Shown here one piece after another: positions 18,054 to 27,220 of a stretch of DNA of 64,000 nt. The first letter of the stretch is position 1, and every line of letters starts with the position of its first letter. A model generated the notes under the pieces. That model searched no databases and was not told the origin of the DNA. It worked only from the letters and a program-made list of their open reading frames with translations. The DNA is from Nanobdellota archaeon. GTDB lineage: Archaea; Nanobdellota; Nanobdellia; Pacearchaeales; GW2011-AR1. The DNA is taken from contig DAOWGX010000015.1 in the NCBI GenBank assembly GCA_030641715.1, forward strand, positions 560 to 64,559. The letters are read 5' to 3'. The position numbers and the translations under genes are program-made.

Positions 18054-18839
18054 ATGAAAACAAAACTATTCAACAAAACAGGAAGCGAAAAAGGCACAAT
18101 AGATCTACCAAAGAATTTTTCAGTTAAAATTAGAGAAGATATTTTGTCGAAGGTGTTTGAGGCACAGAGAGGAATTTATGCCCAAGCTTATGGTGCGAAA
18201 GAAGGCGCCGGTGCCCAGTATTCTGCTTCGGGAATCATAAAAAAGAAAAGGCATGACTGGAAAGCCTCTTACGGTAAAGGAATTTCTCGAGTTCCTCGAA
18301 AAGTCATGTCAAGACATGGTGCAAGCTTTAACTGGATTGGTGCCACAGTCTCAAATACTCGGGGAGGACGAAGACCTCATGCACCCCGAAGTGAAAAGAA
18401 TCCTTTTAAAAAAATTAATAAAAAGGAACTTTTGATTGCATTTAATTCTGCTTTAGCAGGGACCATCAACGCGAAGTTTTTAGAGAAGAAGTACGGACGA
18501 AAAGCTGAATCAGGATTCGTCTTCGACGATAAAATCCTAAATATTAAAACTAAAGATTTTATTATGACTATGAAAAAAGTTTTTGGAGACGCATTTGATA
18601 ATGTTTTGAAACACAAATCTATTAGGGCAGGTATCGGAAAGATGCGGGGTCGAAAATATAAATCTAATGCAGGATTATTGTTTGTTCTCGGAAGCGAAGA
18701 GAAGATGAAACAGAAAGGAATAGAAATTGTAAATGTCAATAATTTAACAATTAAAGATTTATCGCCTAATGGAGAACCTGGAAGATTAGTTTGCTATACA
18801 GAAAAAGCAATTAGTGAAATCGGAGGAAGGTTCAAATGA
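18054..18839 (+). CDS. rpl4: 50S ribosomal protein L4 (L1e).
   Basis: Operon position, and GKGISRVPR...GGRRPHAPRSEK. Confidence 0.85.
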   Translation: MKTKLFNKTGSEKGTIDLPKNFSVKIREDILSKVFEAQRGIYAQAYGAKEGAGAQYSASGIIKKKRHDWKASYGKGISRVPRKVMSRHGASFNWIGATVSNTRGGRRPHAPRSEKNPFKKINKKELLIAFNSALAGTINAKFLEKKYGRKAESGFVFDDKILNIKTKDFIMTMKKVFGDAFDNVLKHKSIRAGIGKMRGRKYKSNAGLLFVLGSEEKMKQKGIEIVNVNNLTIKDLSPNGEPGRLVCYTEKAISEIGGRFK

Positions 18840-19090
18840 AGACGATAATTTTAGAAAAGATTAAGTCAACAGAAAAGGTAGTTCGGCAGATAGAAGCAGA
18901 CAATAGTTTAGTTTTCATCGTTGATAGAGCTGTTACGAAGAACGAAATCAAGAAAGAAGTTGAAATACTTTTCAACGTAAAAGTTTCGAAGGTAAGGACG
19001 CACACAATGAAAAATAAGAAATTAGCTTATGTTAAATTAAAAGCAGACTATCCGGCAGTGGACGTCGCGACTAAATTGGGGATGATGTAA
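18836..19090 (+). CDS. rpl23: 50S ribosomal protein L23.
   Basis: Operon position between L4 and L2. Size is 84 aa. Confidence 0.8.
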   Translation: MKTIILEKIKSTEKVVRQIEADNSLVFIVDRAVTKNEIKKEVEILFNVKVSKVRTHTMKNKKLAYVKLKADYPAVDVATKLGMM

Positions 19091-19094
19091 TAAA

Positions 19095-19793
19095 ATGGGA
19101 AAGAGAATTATTCAACAGCGTAGAGGGAAGGGAGGACACACTTACAAAGTTAGACAAAAAGCTGGAAAAGTTAGACCTGGCTACATTAATGATATGGGTG
19201 GAGAATTTAAAGTTGTTAAATTGACGGCGTCGCCAGGACATTCCATTCCGATTGCAAAATTCGTAAACAAAGAAGGAAAAGTCTTTGAAAATTTTGCTGC
19301 GAATCTTTTGTATGTTGGTCAGAATATTAAGATTAGCGGGAACAAACCAGGAGATATTGCAAGGATTGGAGATTTGAAAAACGGAGTTGAGATTTTTAAT
19401 ATTGAAAACAATTTTAAAGATGGTGGAAAGTTTGTTAGAACTGGAGGGAATGCGGCAACGATTATGAATAAAATGGGCAATGTTGTCAAGGTTCGAATGC
19501 CCTCGAAAAAGGAGAAGAAATTTAATGTTAATTGTAGGGCAACCATCGGACGAGCCGCAGGTGATGGTAAAACTGACAAACCGATTTTGAAGGCAGGTAA
19601 AAAATTTTATATAATGAAGACCAAGTCCAAATTATGGCCTAGAGTTTCCGCGGTTAAAATGAATGCAATTGACCATCCATTCGGAAGCGGTCGAGGTAAG
19701 AGAGTAAAAAGCAAAATTGCCAAACGAAATGCGTCGCCAGGTAAGAAGGTTGGTTTATTGAGACCAAGCAGAACAGGGAGGAAGAAAAGATAA
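19095..19793 (+). CDS. rpl2: 50S ribosomal protein L2.
   Basis: MNAIDHPFGSGRGKRV... and the position fit L2. Confidence 0.9.
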   Translation: MGKRIIQQRRGKGGHTYKVRQKAGKVRPGYINDMGGEFKVVKLTASPGHSIPIAKFVNKEGKVFENFAANLLYVGQNIKISGNKPGDIARIGDLKNGVEIFNIENNFKDGGKFVRTGGNAATIMNKMGNVVKVRMPSKKEKKFNVNCRATIGRAAGDGKTDKPILKAGKKFYIMKTKSKLWPRVSAVKMNAIDHPFGSGRGKRVKSKIAKRNASPGKKVGLLRPSRTGRKKR

Positions 19794-19794
19794 G

Positions 19795-20199
19795 ATGGCA
19801 GAAGTATTGGTAAAGAAAAATAAAGATAAATTCTATCGGGGAAAGAATGTGGAAGATCTTAGAACATTTAATACTCGAGAGTTCGCTAAATTGGTCAAGG
19901 CGCGGACTAGAAGATCTCTCTTAAGAAATTACGATGTTATAGAGGCATTCGTTAAAAGATGTGAAGAAAAGGACGCAAAAAATAAAGTGATTAAAACTCA
20001 CGATAGAGCTTTAGTAATCGTCCCTCAATTGGTTGGAAAGACTATTGGAATCTATAATGGAAAAGAATTCATTAAAGTTACGATTACCGAGGAGATGTTG
20101 GGTCACCGATTAGGTGAGTTTTCATTAACGAGAAAAATAGCGAAACATACAAAAGCAGGTATCGGAGCAACTAAATCTACAGTTTCTAAAGCAAAGTAA
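19795..20199 (+). CDS. rps19: 30S ribosomal protein S19.
   Basis: GKTIGIYNGKEFIKVTITEEMLGHRLGEFSLTRK. Confidence 0.9.
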   Translation: MAEVLVKKNKDKFYRGKNVEDLRTFNTREFAKLVKARTRRSLLRNYDVIEAFVKRCEEKDAKNKVIKTHDRALVIVPQLVGKTIGIYNGKEFIKVTITEEMLGHRLGEFSLTRKIAKHTKAGIGATKSTVSKAK

Positions 20200-20200
20200 A

Positions 20201-20731
20201 ATGGAAATACAAGAAACTAAAAAACAACTTGTAAAAGTGAAAGAAGAATCGAAGGTAGATAAATCTTCGGAAGTTGAAAGACAAGCAGAGGTTAAAACTG
20301 AAAAGAAAGTTGTAGAAGTTAAGAAAAATGTGAAGAAGGATGTTGCAGTTGCTAACGGTTTCTCCTTGAGAATCTCTCCTAAACAGTCGGTTTATGTTTG
20401 CAAGGCTATTCGTAGAAAAAGTCCTGAACTTGCGATGATAAGACTCAACGAGGTTATCAGCGAGAAGAGAGCTATTCCGATGGCAGGTTTAGAAGTTGGG
20501 CATAGAAAAGGAAAAGGTTTTGCAGGGGGAAGGTTTCCAAAAAATGCATGTAAAGCTATAATTGAAATTGTGAAACAGGCAGGTGCTAATGCAATCGTTG
20601 CAGGTATCGAGAATCCTATGATTACTATTGCTAAATCAGATAGAGCGTCGGCACCATATCGAAAGGCCGGACGAAAAGCTAAAAGAACACATATCCATAT
20701 TGAGATAAGAAACAAGGGGGTAAAAAAATAA
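20201..20731 (+). CDS. rpl22: 50S ribosomal protein L22 with an N-terminal Lys/Glu-rich extension.
   Basis: ISPKQSVYVCKAIRRKSPELA ... and the position fit L22. Confidence 0.85.
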   Translation: MEIQETKKQLVKVKEESKVDKSSEVERQAEVKTEKKVVEVKKNVKKDVAVANGFSLRISPKQSVYVCKAIRRKSPELAMIRLNEVISEKRAIPMAGLEVGHRKGKGFAGGRFPKNACKAIIEIVKQAGANAIVAGIENPMITIAKSDRASAPYRKAGRKAKRTHIHIEIRNKGVKK

Positions 20732-21417
20732 TGGAAGAAAAAAAGTTTGTCGAAGTAAGGAAAGATGAATATAACATTAAACAGTTCGTAAAGAGGATGT
20801 TTGGAAAAGGAAAGGTCTCAAAAGTTCGAATTGAGTATACTCCTGTTGGTGAAAAGATTGTCGTCTCGACACACAAACCTGGCTGGATTATTGGTCGACG
20901 TGGAGAGAAAATTAACGAGCTAACAGAAATATTAAAAAAGAAGTTTAAGATGGAGAATCCTCATGTTGATATCGATGAAATTATGCACCCCGAATTTGAT
21001 GCCCAGTTAGTTGCCGACGATATAGCCCTAACACTCGAGAGATTTGGGGCGATGAAATATAAGGCATCAAGTTATCGAGCTCTTGGTAAAATTAAAAATT
21101 CTGGAGCTCTTGGAGCAGAGTTAAGAGTTTCTGGAAAGTTGCCTAGCGACAGAGCAAGGTCTTGGAGGTTCGCATTTGGTTATTTGAAAAAGACTGGAGA
21201 TGCTGCAAACGTCGTCGATAGAGCAGAGTCCGTTGCGCAGACTAAACAGGGAATCGTAGGAATCAAAGTTGCGATTTTAGCACCAGGCGTTAAAGTTTGT
21301 GACCAGATTAGCATCGACGAAGACTTTATGAACGAGGTTAAAAAGAACGCGACTTTTGAAGAAGTTGAAGAAACAGTTAAAAAAATTAAAAAGAAAAGGA
21401 AGGTAACTAAGAAATGA
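20731..21417 (+). CDS. rps3: 30S ribosomal protein S3.
   Basis: A KH-domain S3 pattern with GWIIGRRGEKINELTEIL. Confidence 0.9.
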   Translation: MEEKKFVEVRKDEYNIKQFVKRMFGKGKVSKVRIEYTPVGEKIVVSTHKPGWIIGRRGEKINELTEILKKKFKMENPHVDIDEIMHPEFDAQLVADDIALTLERFGAMKYKASSYRALGKIKNSGALGAELRVSGKLPSDRARSWRFAFGYLKKTGDAANVVDRAESVAQTKQGIVGIKVAILAPGVKVCDQISIDEDFMNEVKKNATFEEVEETVKKIKKKRKVTKK

Positions 21418-21605
21418 TGGCAGAAAAAACGAGTACTAAGAAAAACAGCGTCGTACATACAAATGTATCTATAAATGCAGGTAAGAAGCTTATAGATTTG
21501 AAAATTGAATTATTGAAGAGTCCAACGAAAAGGGGAAGGATTAAAAAGGAAATTGCGAGGTTGTTAACAATGGAGAATTTAACTAAATCGGAGAAAAAAT
21601 CGTAA
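21414..21605 (+). CDS. rpl29: 50S ribosomal protein L29.
   Basis: 63 aa, positioned after S3. Confidence 0.7.
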   Translation: MMAEKTSTKKNSVVHTNVSINAGKKLIDLKIELLKSPTKRGRIKKEIARLLTMENLTKSEKKS

Positions 21606-21606
21606 A

Positions 21607-21906
21607 GTGGATATTTGCCCAAAGTGTGGATTACCTGTTCCGGCTTGTGTTTGTAACGAAATAGCGAAGACACAACAACAGATCGACGTTAGAACCGAGA
21701 AGCGACGTTTCGGAAAAATCAACACGATAATAAGTGGCTTCGATGACGGTGTTGATGTAAAAGATATCGCAAAACAGCTCAAAATGAAACGAGCTTGTGG
21801 AGGCACAGTAAAAAATAAAGTCATAGAATTGCAAGGGAATCACCAAGGTCATATAAAACAAATTTTGATTCCGATGGGATTCAATGAGGAACAAATTAAC
21901 GAATGA
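21607..21906 (+). CDS. sui1: Translation initiation factor SUI1 (aSUI1/eIF1).
   Basis: An N-terminal Cys cluster (CPKCGLPVPACVC) plus the SUI1 core RRFGKINTIISGF...ACGGTV. This is the typical archaeal position. Confidence 0.8.
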   Translation: MDICPKCGLPVPACVCNEIAKTQQQIDVRTEKRRFGKINTIISGFDDGVDVKDIAKQLKMKRACGGTVKNKVIELQGNHQGHIKQILIPMGFNEEQINE

Positions 21907-22259
21907 ATAAGATGGTAAAAACGAGAATAGTAAAAGATAATATAAGGGTCAAATGTAAAGATAGACTTTGTCCTATTCATGGAGATAGAAAATTGAAGAG
22001 GAGGGGTAGAACTTTTGAAGGAGTTGTAGTTAAGAAATTATCTGGCAGGGTCACGATTCAATTTGAAAGAATGTTGAAATTGCCTAAATATGAAAGGTAT
22101 GAAAAACGAAAGACCAAGATTCATGCGAGGTTGCCTGATTGCATAAGTGACAATGTAGGAGTTGGAGATTTAATTCAGATCGCAGAAACTCGACCAATTA
22201 GCAAGATGATTCATTTTGTTGTTAGCAAGGTTGTTAGAAAATTGGAGGTGAAGTCATGA
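21903..22259 (+). CDS. rps17: 30S ribosomal protein S17.
   Basis: GVVVKKLSGRVTIQFERMLKLPKYERYEKRKTKIHAR is S17-like. Confidence 0.85.
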   Translation: MNKMVKTRIVKDNIRVKCKDRLCPIHGDRKLKRRGRTFEGVVVKKLSGRVTIQFERMLKLPKYERYEKRKTKIHARLPDCISDNVGVGDLIQIAETRPISKMIHFVVSKVVRKLEVKS

Positions 22260-22483
22260 GAGAAGTAGCATTAGAGTTATATATTGGAGACAGTCTTAAA
22301 TATGCAATTACCGGTGAATACAGCGGAACTGGTGATTTTGGTTTGTCTTCAGAGATTTGTATAAAAGACTGTCACCCTCGCACCATTGAAAAATTATTAT
22401 CTAATCTTGAGATTATAGCATCCACTGCAGACTCGCCAGATAAAACTTACGAAATAAAAATAAAATTAGGAGAGGAGAAATGA
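22256..22483 (+). CDS. Small hypothetical protein (75 aa) inserted between S17 and L14.
   Basis: Coupled overlaps at both ends (ATGA). It shows no Rpp29 or r-protein signature. Confidence 0.35.
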   Translation: MREVALELYIGDSLKYAITGEYSGTGDFGLSSEICIKDCHPRTIEKLLSNLEIIASTADSPDKTYEIKIKLGEEK

Positions 22484-22881
22484 AAGCAATTAGCGGACGA
22501 GCAACGAAGAGCATGAACATTGGAAGTTTGTTAGAAGCATGCGATAACAGTGGAGCAAGAATTTGCAAGATTGTTTCGATTAAACACGGGAAGACGAGCA
22601 AAGGTCGTCAGGGCTACGCAAAGATTGGAGATTGGATTAAAGTTTCAGTCCGAAAAGGAAATCCTCAAATGAAAGGTGAAGTTTTCGACGCTGTTCTTGT
22701 CAGACAAAGAAAACCGTGGAGAAGAAACACTGGAGAGAGAATCTGTTTTAGTGATAATGCAGTTGCACTTTTGAAAGATGAGAAAGGCAATCCAAAAGGG
22801 ACGCAGATTAAAGGCACCGTTGCCCGAGAAGTTCAGGAAAGATGGAAGGAGGTCGCTAAGATAGCGAAGGCAATATATTAA
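22480..22881 (+). CDS. rpl14: 50S ribosomal protein L14.
   Basis: NIGSLLEACDNSGARICKIVSIK. Confidence 0.9.
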   Translation: MKAISGRATKSMNIGSLLEACDNSGARICKIVSIKHGKTSKGRQGYAKIGDWIKVSVRKGNPQMKGEVFDAVLVRQRKPWRRNTGERICFSDNAVALLKDEKGNPKGTQIKGTVAREVQERWKEVAKIAKAIY

Positions 22882-22882
22882 G

Positions 22883-23347
22883 ATGAAATCAGAATTTAAC
22901 AAAACATGGAATTCAAGTAAACAACCTAGAAAACAAATTAAGTTTAGAGCGAATGCACCAAACCACATTAAAAGAACTTTCATGGGAGCAACGTTGGACA
23001 AACCGCTTAGAGAGAAATATTGTCGAAGAAATATTGAAGTTAGAAAAGGCGACGAGGTCAAAATTATGAGGGGTAATTTTAAAGGGAAGCAGGGAAAAGT
23101 TGGGGTTGTAGATATTAAGCGAACGCGGATTCAAGTCGATGGTATTCAAAGAACGAAGCAGGGCGGAGAGAAATTAGAAACATGGTTCCATCCATCGAAA
23201 GTTAAAATTATTATATTAAATGCCGACGATAAAAAAAGATTAAAATCCGGAAAGAAGATTATTAAGACAGAAGTTAAGGAAACAGCACCAGAAAAAATAT
23301 CTACAAAAGTGGATAAAACCAAAACTAAAATGGGGGCGAAGAAATAA
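22883..23347 (+). CDS. rpl24: 50S ribosomal protein L24 (KOW) with a Lys-rich C-terminal extension.
   Basis: IMRGNFKGKQGKVGVVD is the KOW motif. Confidence 0.85.
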   Translation: MKSEFNKTWNSSKQPRKQIKFRANAPNHIKRTFMGATLDKPLREKYCRRNIEVRKGDEVKIMRGNFKGKQGKVGVVDIKRTRIQVDGIQRTKQGGEKLETWFHPSKVKIIILNADDKKRLKSGKKIIKTEVKETAPEKISTKVDKTKTKMGAKK

Positions 23348-23348
23348 A

Positions 23349-24005
23349 ATGCACATAAAGAAAACACAAATGCCGAAGACGTGGCCAGTTCCACGGAAAG
23401 GAAGAGGAAAGAGATTTGTAGCTGTGCCAAGCCACGCAATCAGCAAAGGAATATCTATATTATTCTTGCTTAGGGATGTTTTGAAGATAGTTAAAACTCG
23501 GAAAGAAGCAAGACACATGACATTAAATGAAATGGTTAAAATTAACAATAAAATTCGAAAGGATGTGAATTTTCCAGTGCAGGTTTTTGATACGATTAAT
23601 TTAGAAAAGGCAAGTTTGAATTATAGATTAGAGATTGTTAGCAAGAAATTTAATTTAGTTAAAATTTCTGCTAAAGATGCGGAAAAGAAAGTTATAAAGA
23701 TTGTAGGGAAAAAAACTCTTGGAATTAAAAAAGTTCAGATGAACCTTGACGACGGACAAAATTTTCTAACAAAAGAAAAGTTTTCGGTTGGAGATTCAGT
23801 TGTTTTGAACACTAAGGAAAACAAGATTGAAAAAATCCTTCCATTAACAGAAGGTGCCAAAGTCGAAATCATTACTGGAAAACATGCAGGTGAGAAAGGA
23901 GATCTTACAGGATTTAAAGAATTAGTTCGAGGAAGAGATTATATTATTAAATTAGAGGATAAGACTGTGAGTTTGCCTTACAAAACTATCTTGGTGATTG
24001 AATAA
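23349..24005 (+). CDS. rps4e: 30S ribosomal protein S4e.
   Basis: MHIKKTQMPKTWPVPRKGRGKRFVAVPSHA. Confidence 0.85.
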   Translation: MHIKKTQMPKTWPVPRKGRGKRFVAVPSHAISKGISILFLLRDVLKIVKTRKEARHMTLNEMVKINNKIRKDVNFPVQVFDTINLEKASLNYRLEIVSKKFNLVKISAKDAEKKVIKIVGKKTLGIKKVQMNLDDGQNFLTKEKFSVGDSVVLNTKENKIEKILPLTEGAKVEIITGKHAGEKGDLTGFKELVRGRDYIIKLEDKTVSLPYKTILVIE

Positions 24006-24550
24006 TGGCAGGAAATATGAGGAACAAAATGAAAGAAATCAAATTAGAGAAAGTAATTCTAAATATCGGCGGCGTCGCTGAAAAGCTAGACAAGGGAGTA
24101 ATTTTACTTGAGCATATTAGTGAAAGAAAAGCTGTCCGAGTCAAAGCAACCAAACGAATTCCGACGTGGAATGTTCGGCCTGGTTTGGAAGTCGGGACGA
24201 AAGTTACCCTTCGAGGTAAGGATGCAATTAAGATGGTTGAGAAGTTACTTCCAGCAATTGATAATACATTAAAAGAAAAACAGATTCAGAACAATTGTTT
24301 TTCATTTGGAATTCATGAATACATCGAGATTCCCGGAGTTAAGTACCTTCGAGAAGTTGGAATTATGGGCTTCGAGGTTACAGTTGTTTTCTCTAGGGCG
24401 GGGAAATCTGTCGAAAAGAAAAAGATTAAAAGAGGAAAGGCATGTAGATTAACAGTTACTCGAGAAGAAATTGAGGATTATCTTATAACTAAATTTAATA
24501 CAAGTATTCTGCGAAAGCAGGAGAAGATTATAGAAAATGACAGCGAGTGA
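24005..24550 (+). CDS. rpl5: 50S ribosomal protein L5.
   Basis: NIGGVAEKLDKG...NCFSFGIHEYIEIPGVKY. Confidence 0.9.
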   Translation: MAGNMRNKMKEIKLEKVILNIGGVAEKLDKGVILLEHISERKAVRVKATKRIPTWNVRPGLEVGTKVTLRGKDAIKMVEKLLPAIDNTLKEKQIQNNCFSFGIHEYIEIPGVKYLREVGIMGFEVTVVFSRAGKSVEKKKIKRGKACRLTVTREEIEDYLITKFNTSILRKQEKIIENDSE

Positions 24551-24767
24551 TTGGAGAAAAATAACTAAGCAGCTTCGGAAAAAGCCGGCAGTACTTAGAA
24601 AATTTTTAAAGCACAATAAACCTAAAGCTCGAGAGTTTGGCGTCGCTGCCCAAAAGTGCGAAGTTTGCGGACGACACGGTGCACATATCTCATCTTATAA
24701 TTTAAACTTGTGCCGACACTGTTTCAGAGAGTTGGCAGTTGAACTTGGTTTCAAAAAATACAGTTAA
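24537..24767 (+). CDS. rps14: 30S ribosomal protein S14 (type Z, zinc-binding).
   Basis: CEVCGRHGAHISSYNLNLCRHCFRELAVELGFKKYS. Confidence 0.8.
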   Translation: MTASDWRKITKQLRKKPAVLRKFLKHNKPKAREFGVAAQKCEVCGRHGAHISSYNLNLCRHCFRELAVELGFKKYS

Positions 24768-24933
24768 AATGGAAAATAAAATTTTGTACGTGGGGGATTG
24801 TCCGAATTCAGGAGATTTCGAAAAGGTCCAAGAAAACTTAAAAAGAGTAATTAGAATGCAAGAAGAATTTTATAAATGGAAAAGTGAACAAACCTTTCAA
24901 CCAATTAAATATTATGAAGGGGGTTTAAATTAA
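24739..24933 (+). CDS. Small hypothetical ORF (64 aa, or 54 aa from the MENK start at 24769) inserted between S14 and S8.
   Basis: An open frame that fills the S14-S8 gap. It has no known counterpart at this position. Confidence 0.3.
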   Translation: MNLVSKNTVKMENKILYVGDCPNSGDFEKVQENLKRVIRMQEEFYKWKSEQTFQPIKYYEGGLN

Positions 24934-24934
24934 A

Positions 24935-25312
24935 ATGTCACAAGATGTAGTATCAGACGGATTGAATCAAATCATGAATGCAGAAAGAATAGGAAAGCGA
25001 GAGCTTACAATTAGGAGATACTCTAAAGTTTTAACTAATCTCTTAGAAATGATGAAAGAAAAAGGACACGTTGATTACCATGTTAACGAAGAAGACAAAA
25101 CAGTTACAGTTAAAATTATCAAACTGAACGAATGCAGAGCTATTAAGCCAAGGTATTATGTTAGTGTTGGTAGCATCGATAAATATCTTAGACGATTCTT
25201 GCCTTCGAGAAATTTTGGGAGTTTAGTCATTTCTACAAATAAGGGTTTGATGAATCACAAAGAAGCTATCGCAATTAAAATCGGAGGAAGCGTCGTCGCG
25301 TATTTCTATTAA
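24935..25312 (+). CDS. rps8: 30S ribosomal protein S8.
   Basis: Family pattern and position. Confidence 0.9.
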   Translation: MSQDVVSDGLNQIMNAERIGKRELTIRRYSKVLTNLLEMMKEKGHVDYHVNEEDKTVTVKIIKLNECRAIKPRYYVSVGSIDKYLRRFLPSRNFGSLVISTNKGLMNHKEAIAIKIGGSVVAYFY

Positions 25313-25313
25313 G

Positions 25314-25856
25314 ATGAATAAAGATTTATCAAGAGTTATCGAAATCCCTGAAGGAACTGAAGTTGCAGTCAATGACAATGAAGTTATCGTTAAAGGTAAT
25401 GGCAACGAGCTCATTAAAAAATTCGATAAGGGAAAAATTTCACTTACAGTTGCCGATAATAAAGTTACGATTTCAGCAAAAGGTGCGACTCGAAGAGAAT
25501 CTAGGATGATGGGAACAATTTGGGCGTGTATCAATAATATGATTAAAGGTGTCGGAGAAAATTTCGTTTATACCCTTGAAATTTGCAATGTTCATTTTCC
25601 TATGAATGTTAAAGCAGAGGGAGATAAAATAATTATCAAATCATTCATTGGTGAAACAGTAAACAGAACAGCGAAAATTTTACCAAAAGTAAATGTAGAT
25701 ATTAAAGGAAACAAGATTACCATTTCTTCTTGCAATATCGAAGCTGCTGGACAAACCGCAGCAAATTTAGAAAAGGCAACAAAGTTAACCGGAAGAGACA
25801 GAAGAATTTTTCAGGATGGAATATTTATTACAGAAAAACCGGGGAGGACGATATAA
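25314..25856 (+). CDS. rpl6: 50S ribosomal protein L6.
   Basis: A two-domain L6 pattern, positioned after S8. Confidence 0.9.
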   Translation: MNKDLSRVIEIPEGTEVAVNDNEVIVKGNGNELIKKFDKGKISLTVADNKVTISAKGATRRESRMMGTIWACINNMIKGVGENFVYTLEICNVHFPMNVKAEGDKIIIKSFIGETVNRTAKILPKVNVDIKGNKITISSCNIEAAGQTAANLEKATKLTGRDRRIFQDGIFITEKPGRTI

Positions 25857-26272
25857 TGGATGCAAAAAAAGAAACAACAAAGAGAAGTAAGCCGAAGTTT
25901 TTGAGGAATGATTGGCACAAGAAGATTAGGTTAGGTAGAACTGTAAAGAAAAATAGAAAATGGAGGGGGGCCAAAGGCAGACATAATAAACTTAGATTAA
26001 ATAGAAAAGGACATTCGCAGAGGCCAAAAATTGGGTGGGGAGCAGAATGTAAGATTAAAGGTTTTGTCGGTGGCCTCGAAGTCGTTAGAGTTGAAACATT
26101 GAAAGCATTAGAATCATTAAAGAAGGGTGTAGGAATTATCATAGGTTCTGTTGGAAAAAAGAAAAGAAAAGAAATTATTGTCAAGGCAAATGAAATGAAA
26201 ATTAAAGTTTTAAATAAATACAAAAAAGCTACGCCAGATAGTGTAACTAAAGATATCGAGGACAAAAAATGA
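25856..26272 (+). CDS. rpl32e: 50S ribosomal protein L32e. The start is moved to the ATG that overlaps the L6 stop.
   Basis: MDAKKETTKRSKPKFLRNDWHKKIRLGRTVKKNRKWRGAKGRHNKLRLN... is L32e. The ORF-track start at 25730 lies inside L6. Confidence 0.8.
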   Translation: MDAKKETTKRSKPKFLRNDWHKKIRLGRTVKKNRKWRGAKGRHNKLRLNRKGHSQRPKIGWGAECKIKGFVGGLEVVRVETLKALESLKKGVGIIIGSVGKKKRKEIIVKANEMKIKVLNKYKKATPDSVTKDIEDKK

Positions 26273-26673
26273 ATTTAGCAAAAAAGAAAGAACTAGCCGC
26301 GAAAGTTTTGGGAGTTGGAAAGAATCGAATTATTTTTATGAAAAACAATTTACCAGAAATTAAAGAAGCGATTACTCGAATGGATATTAAAGATCTTCAT
26401 AAATCTGGAGCCATTCAAATTAAAGAAGTTTGTGGTCGAAAGAAGATTGTTAAGAGAAAAAACCGAAGACGAGGCGGGAAGGTGAAGAATAAAGTCAATA
26501 ATAGAAAAACAGAATATGTAATAATTACTAGAAAATTACGGAAACTGGTTAGAGGATTTGTTAGACTTGGTGTGATTGATAAAGATAAAAATCGAGAGAT
26601 TAGAAGGCAAATTCGAAGTAGAAAGTTTAGAAGCAAAAGACACTTAAAGGAAAATTTGGAGGAATTAAAGTAA
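26269..26673 (+). CDS. rpl19e: 50S ribosomal protein L19e.
   Basis: LAAKVLGVGKNRI...IKDLHKSGAIQIK. Confidence 0.85.
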   Translation: MNLAKKKELAAKVLGVGKNRIIFMKNNLPEIKEAITRMDIKDLHKSGAIQIKEVCGRKKIVKRKNRRRGGKVKNKVNNRKTEYVIITRKLRKLVRGFVRLGVIDKDKNREIRRQIRSRKFRSKRHLKENLEELK

Positions 26674-26674
26674 T

Positions 26675-27220
26675 ATGATGCCAAAACATAAAATGAGCAA
26701 ACGGACGTTGAAGCGGAGAAGAAGGGAAAATCGGACAGATTATAAGACAAGACGAATCTTGTTGACGTCGGGAATTCCAAGAATAGTTGTGCGAAGAACC
26801 AATAAATACTTCATCCTTCAGGCCGTTGAAAGTAAAGAGGCACAAGACAAAGTTACTGCAACAGTTACATCTAAAGAACTTTTAAAAAATGGATGGAATG
26901 CCAAAATGGGTGGAAGTCTAAAGTCGATTCCTGCAGGATATCTAACAGGTTTACTTTTAGTTAAGAAACTTAAGGGCAAAAAATATATTGTAGATTTAGG
27001 GATGGCTCGAACAATTGCAGGCTCGAGAGTGTTCGCAGTCGTTAAAGGTTTGGTCGACGGTGGTTTGAATATTTCAGCAAATGAAATAGTTTTTCCATCA
27101 GAAGAAAGATTAAATGGAGAACACTTGAAAAGCGAATTAAAAAGCATGATTGCAAAAATTCGTCAGAATATATCCTCGCCAAAAGATGTAAAGAAGGAGT
27201 TAAAACAAAATGACAACTAA
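26675..27220 (+). CDS. rpl18: 50S ribosomal protein L18.
   Basis: RRRRENRTDYKTRRILL...PRIVVRRTNKYFILQAV. Confidence 0.85.
   Translation: MMPKHKMSKRTLKRRRRENRTDYKTRRILLTSGIPRIVVRRTNKYFILQAVESKEAQDKVTATVTSKELLKNGWNAKMGGSLKSIPAGYLTGLLLVKKLKGKKYIVDLGMARTIAGSRVFAVVKGLVDGGLNISANEIVFPSEERLNGEHLKSELKSMIAKIRQNISSPKDVKKELKQNDN

Noticed and set aside
21607-21906. A SUI1 gene inside the r-protein cluster as a possible anomaly.
   Set aside because: aSUI1 between L29 and S17 is a normal archaeal arrangement, so it is not reported as a finding.
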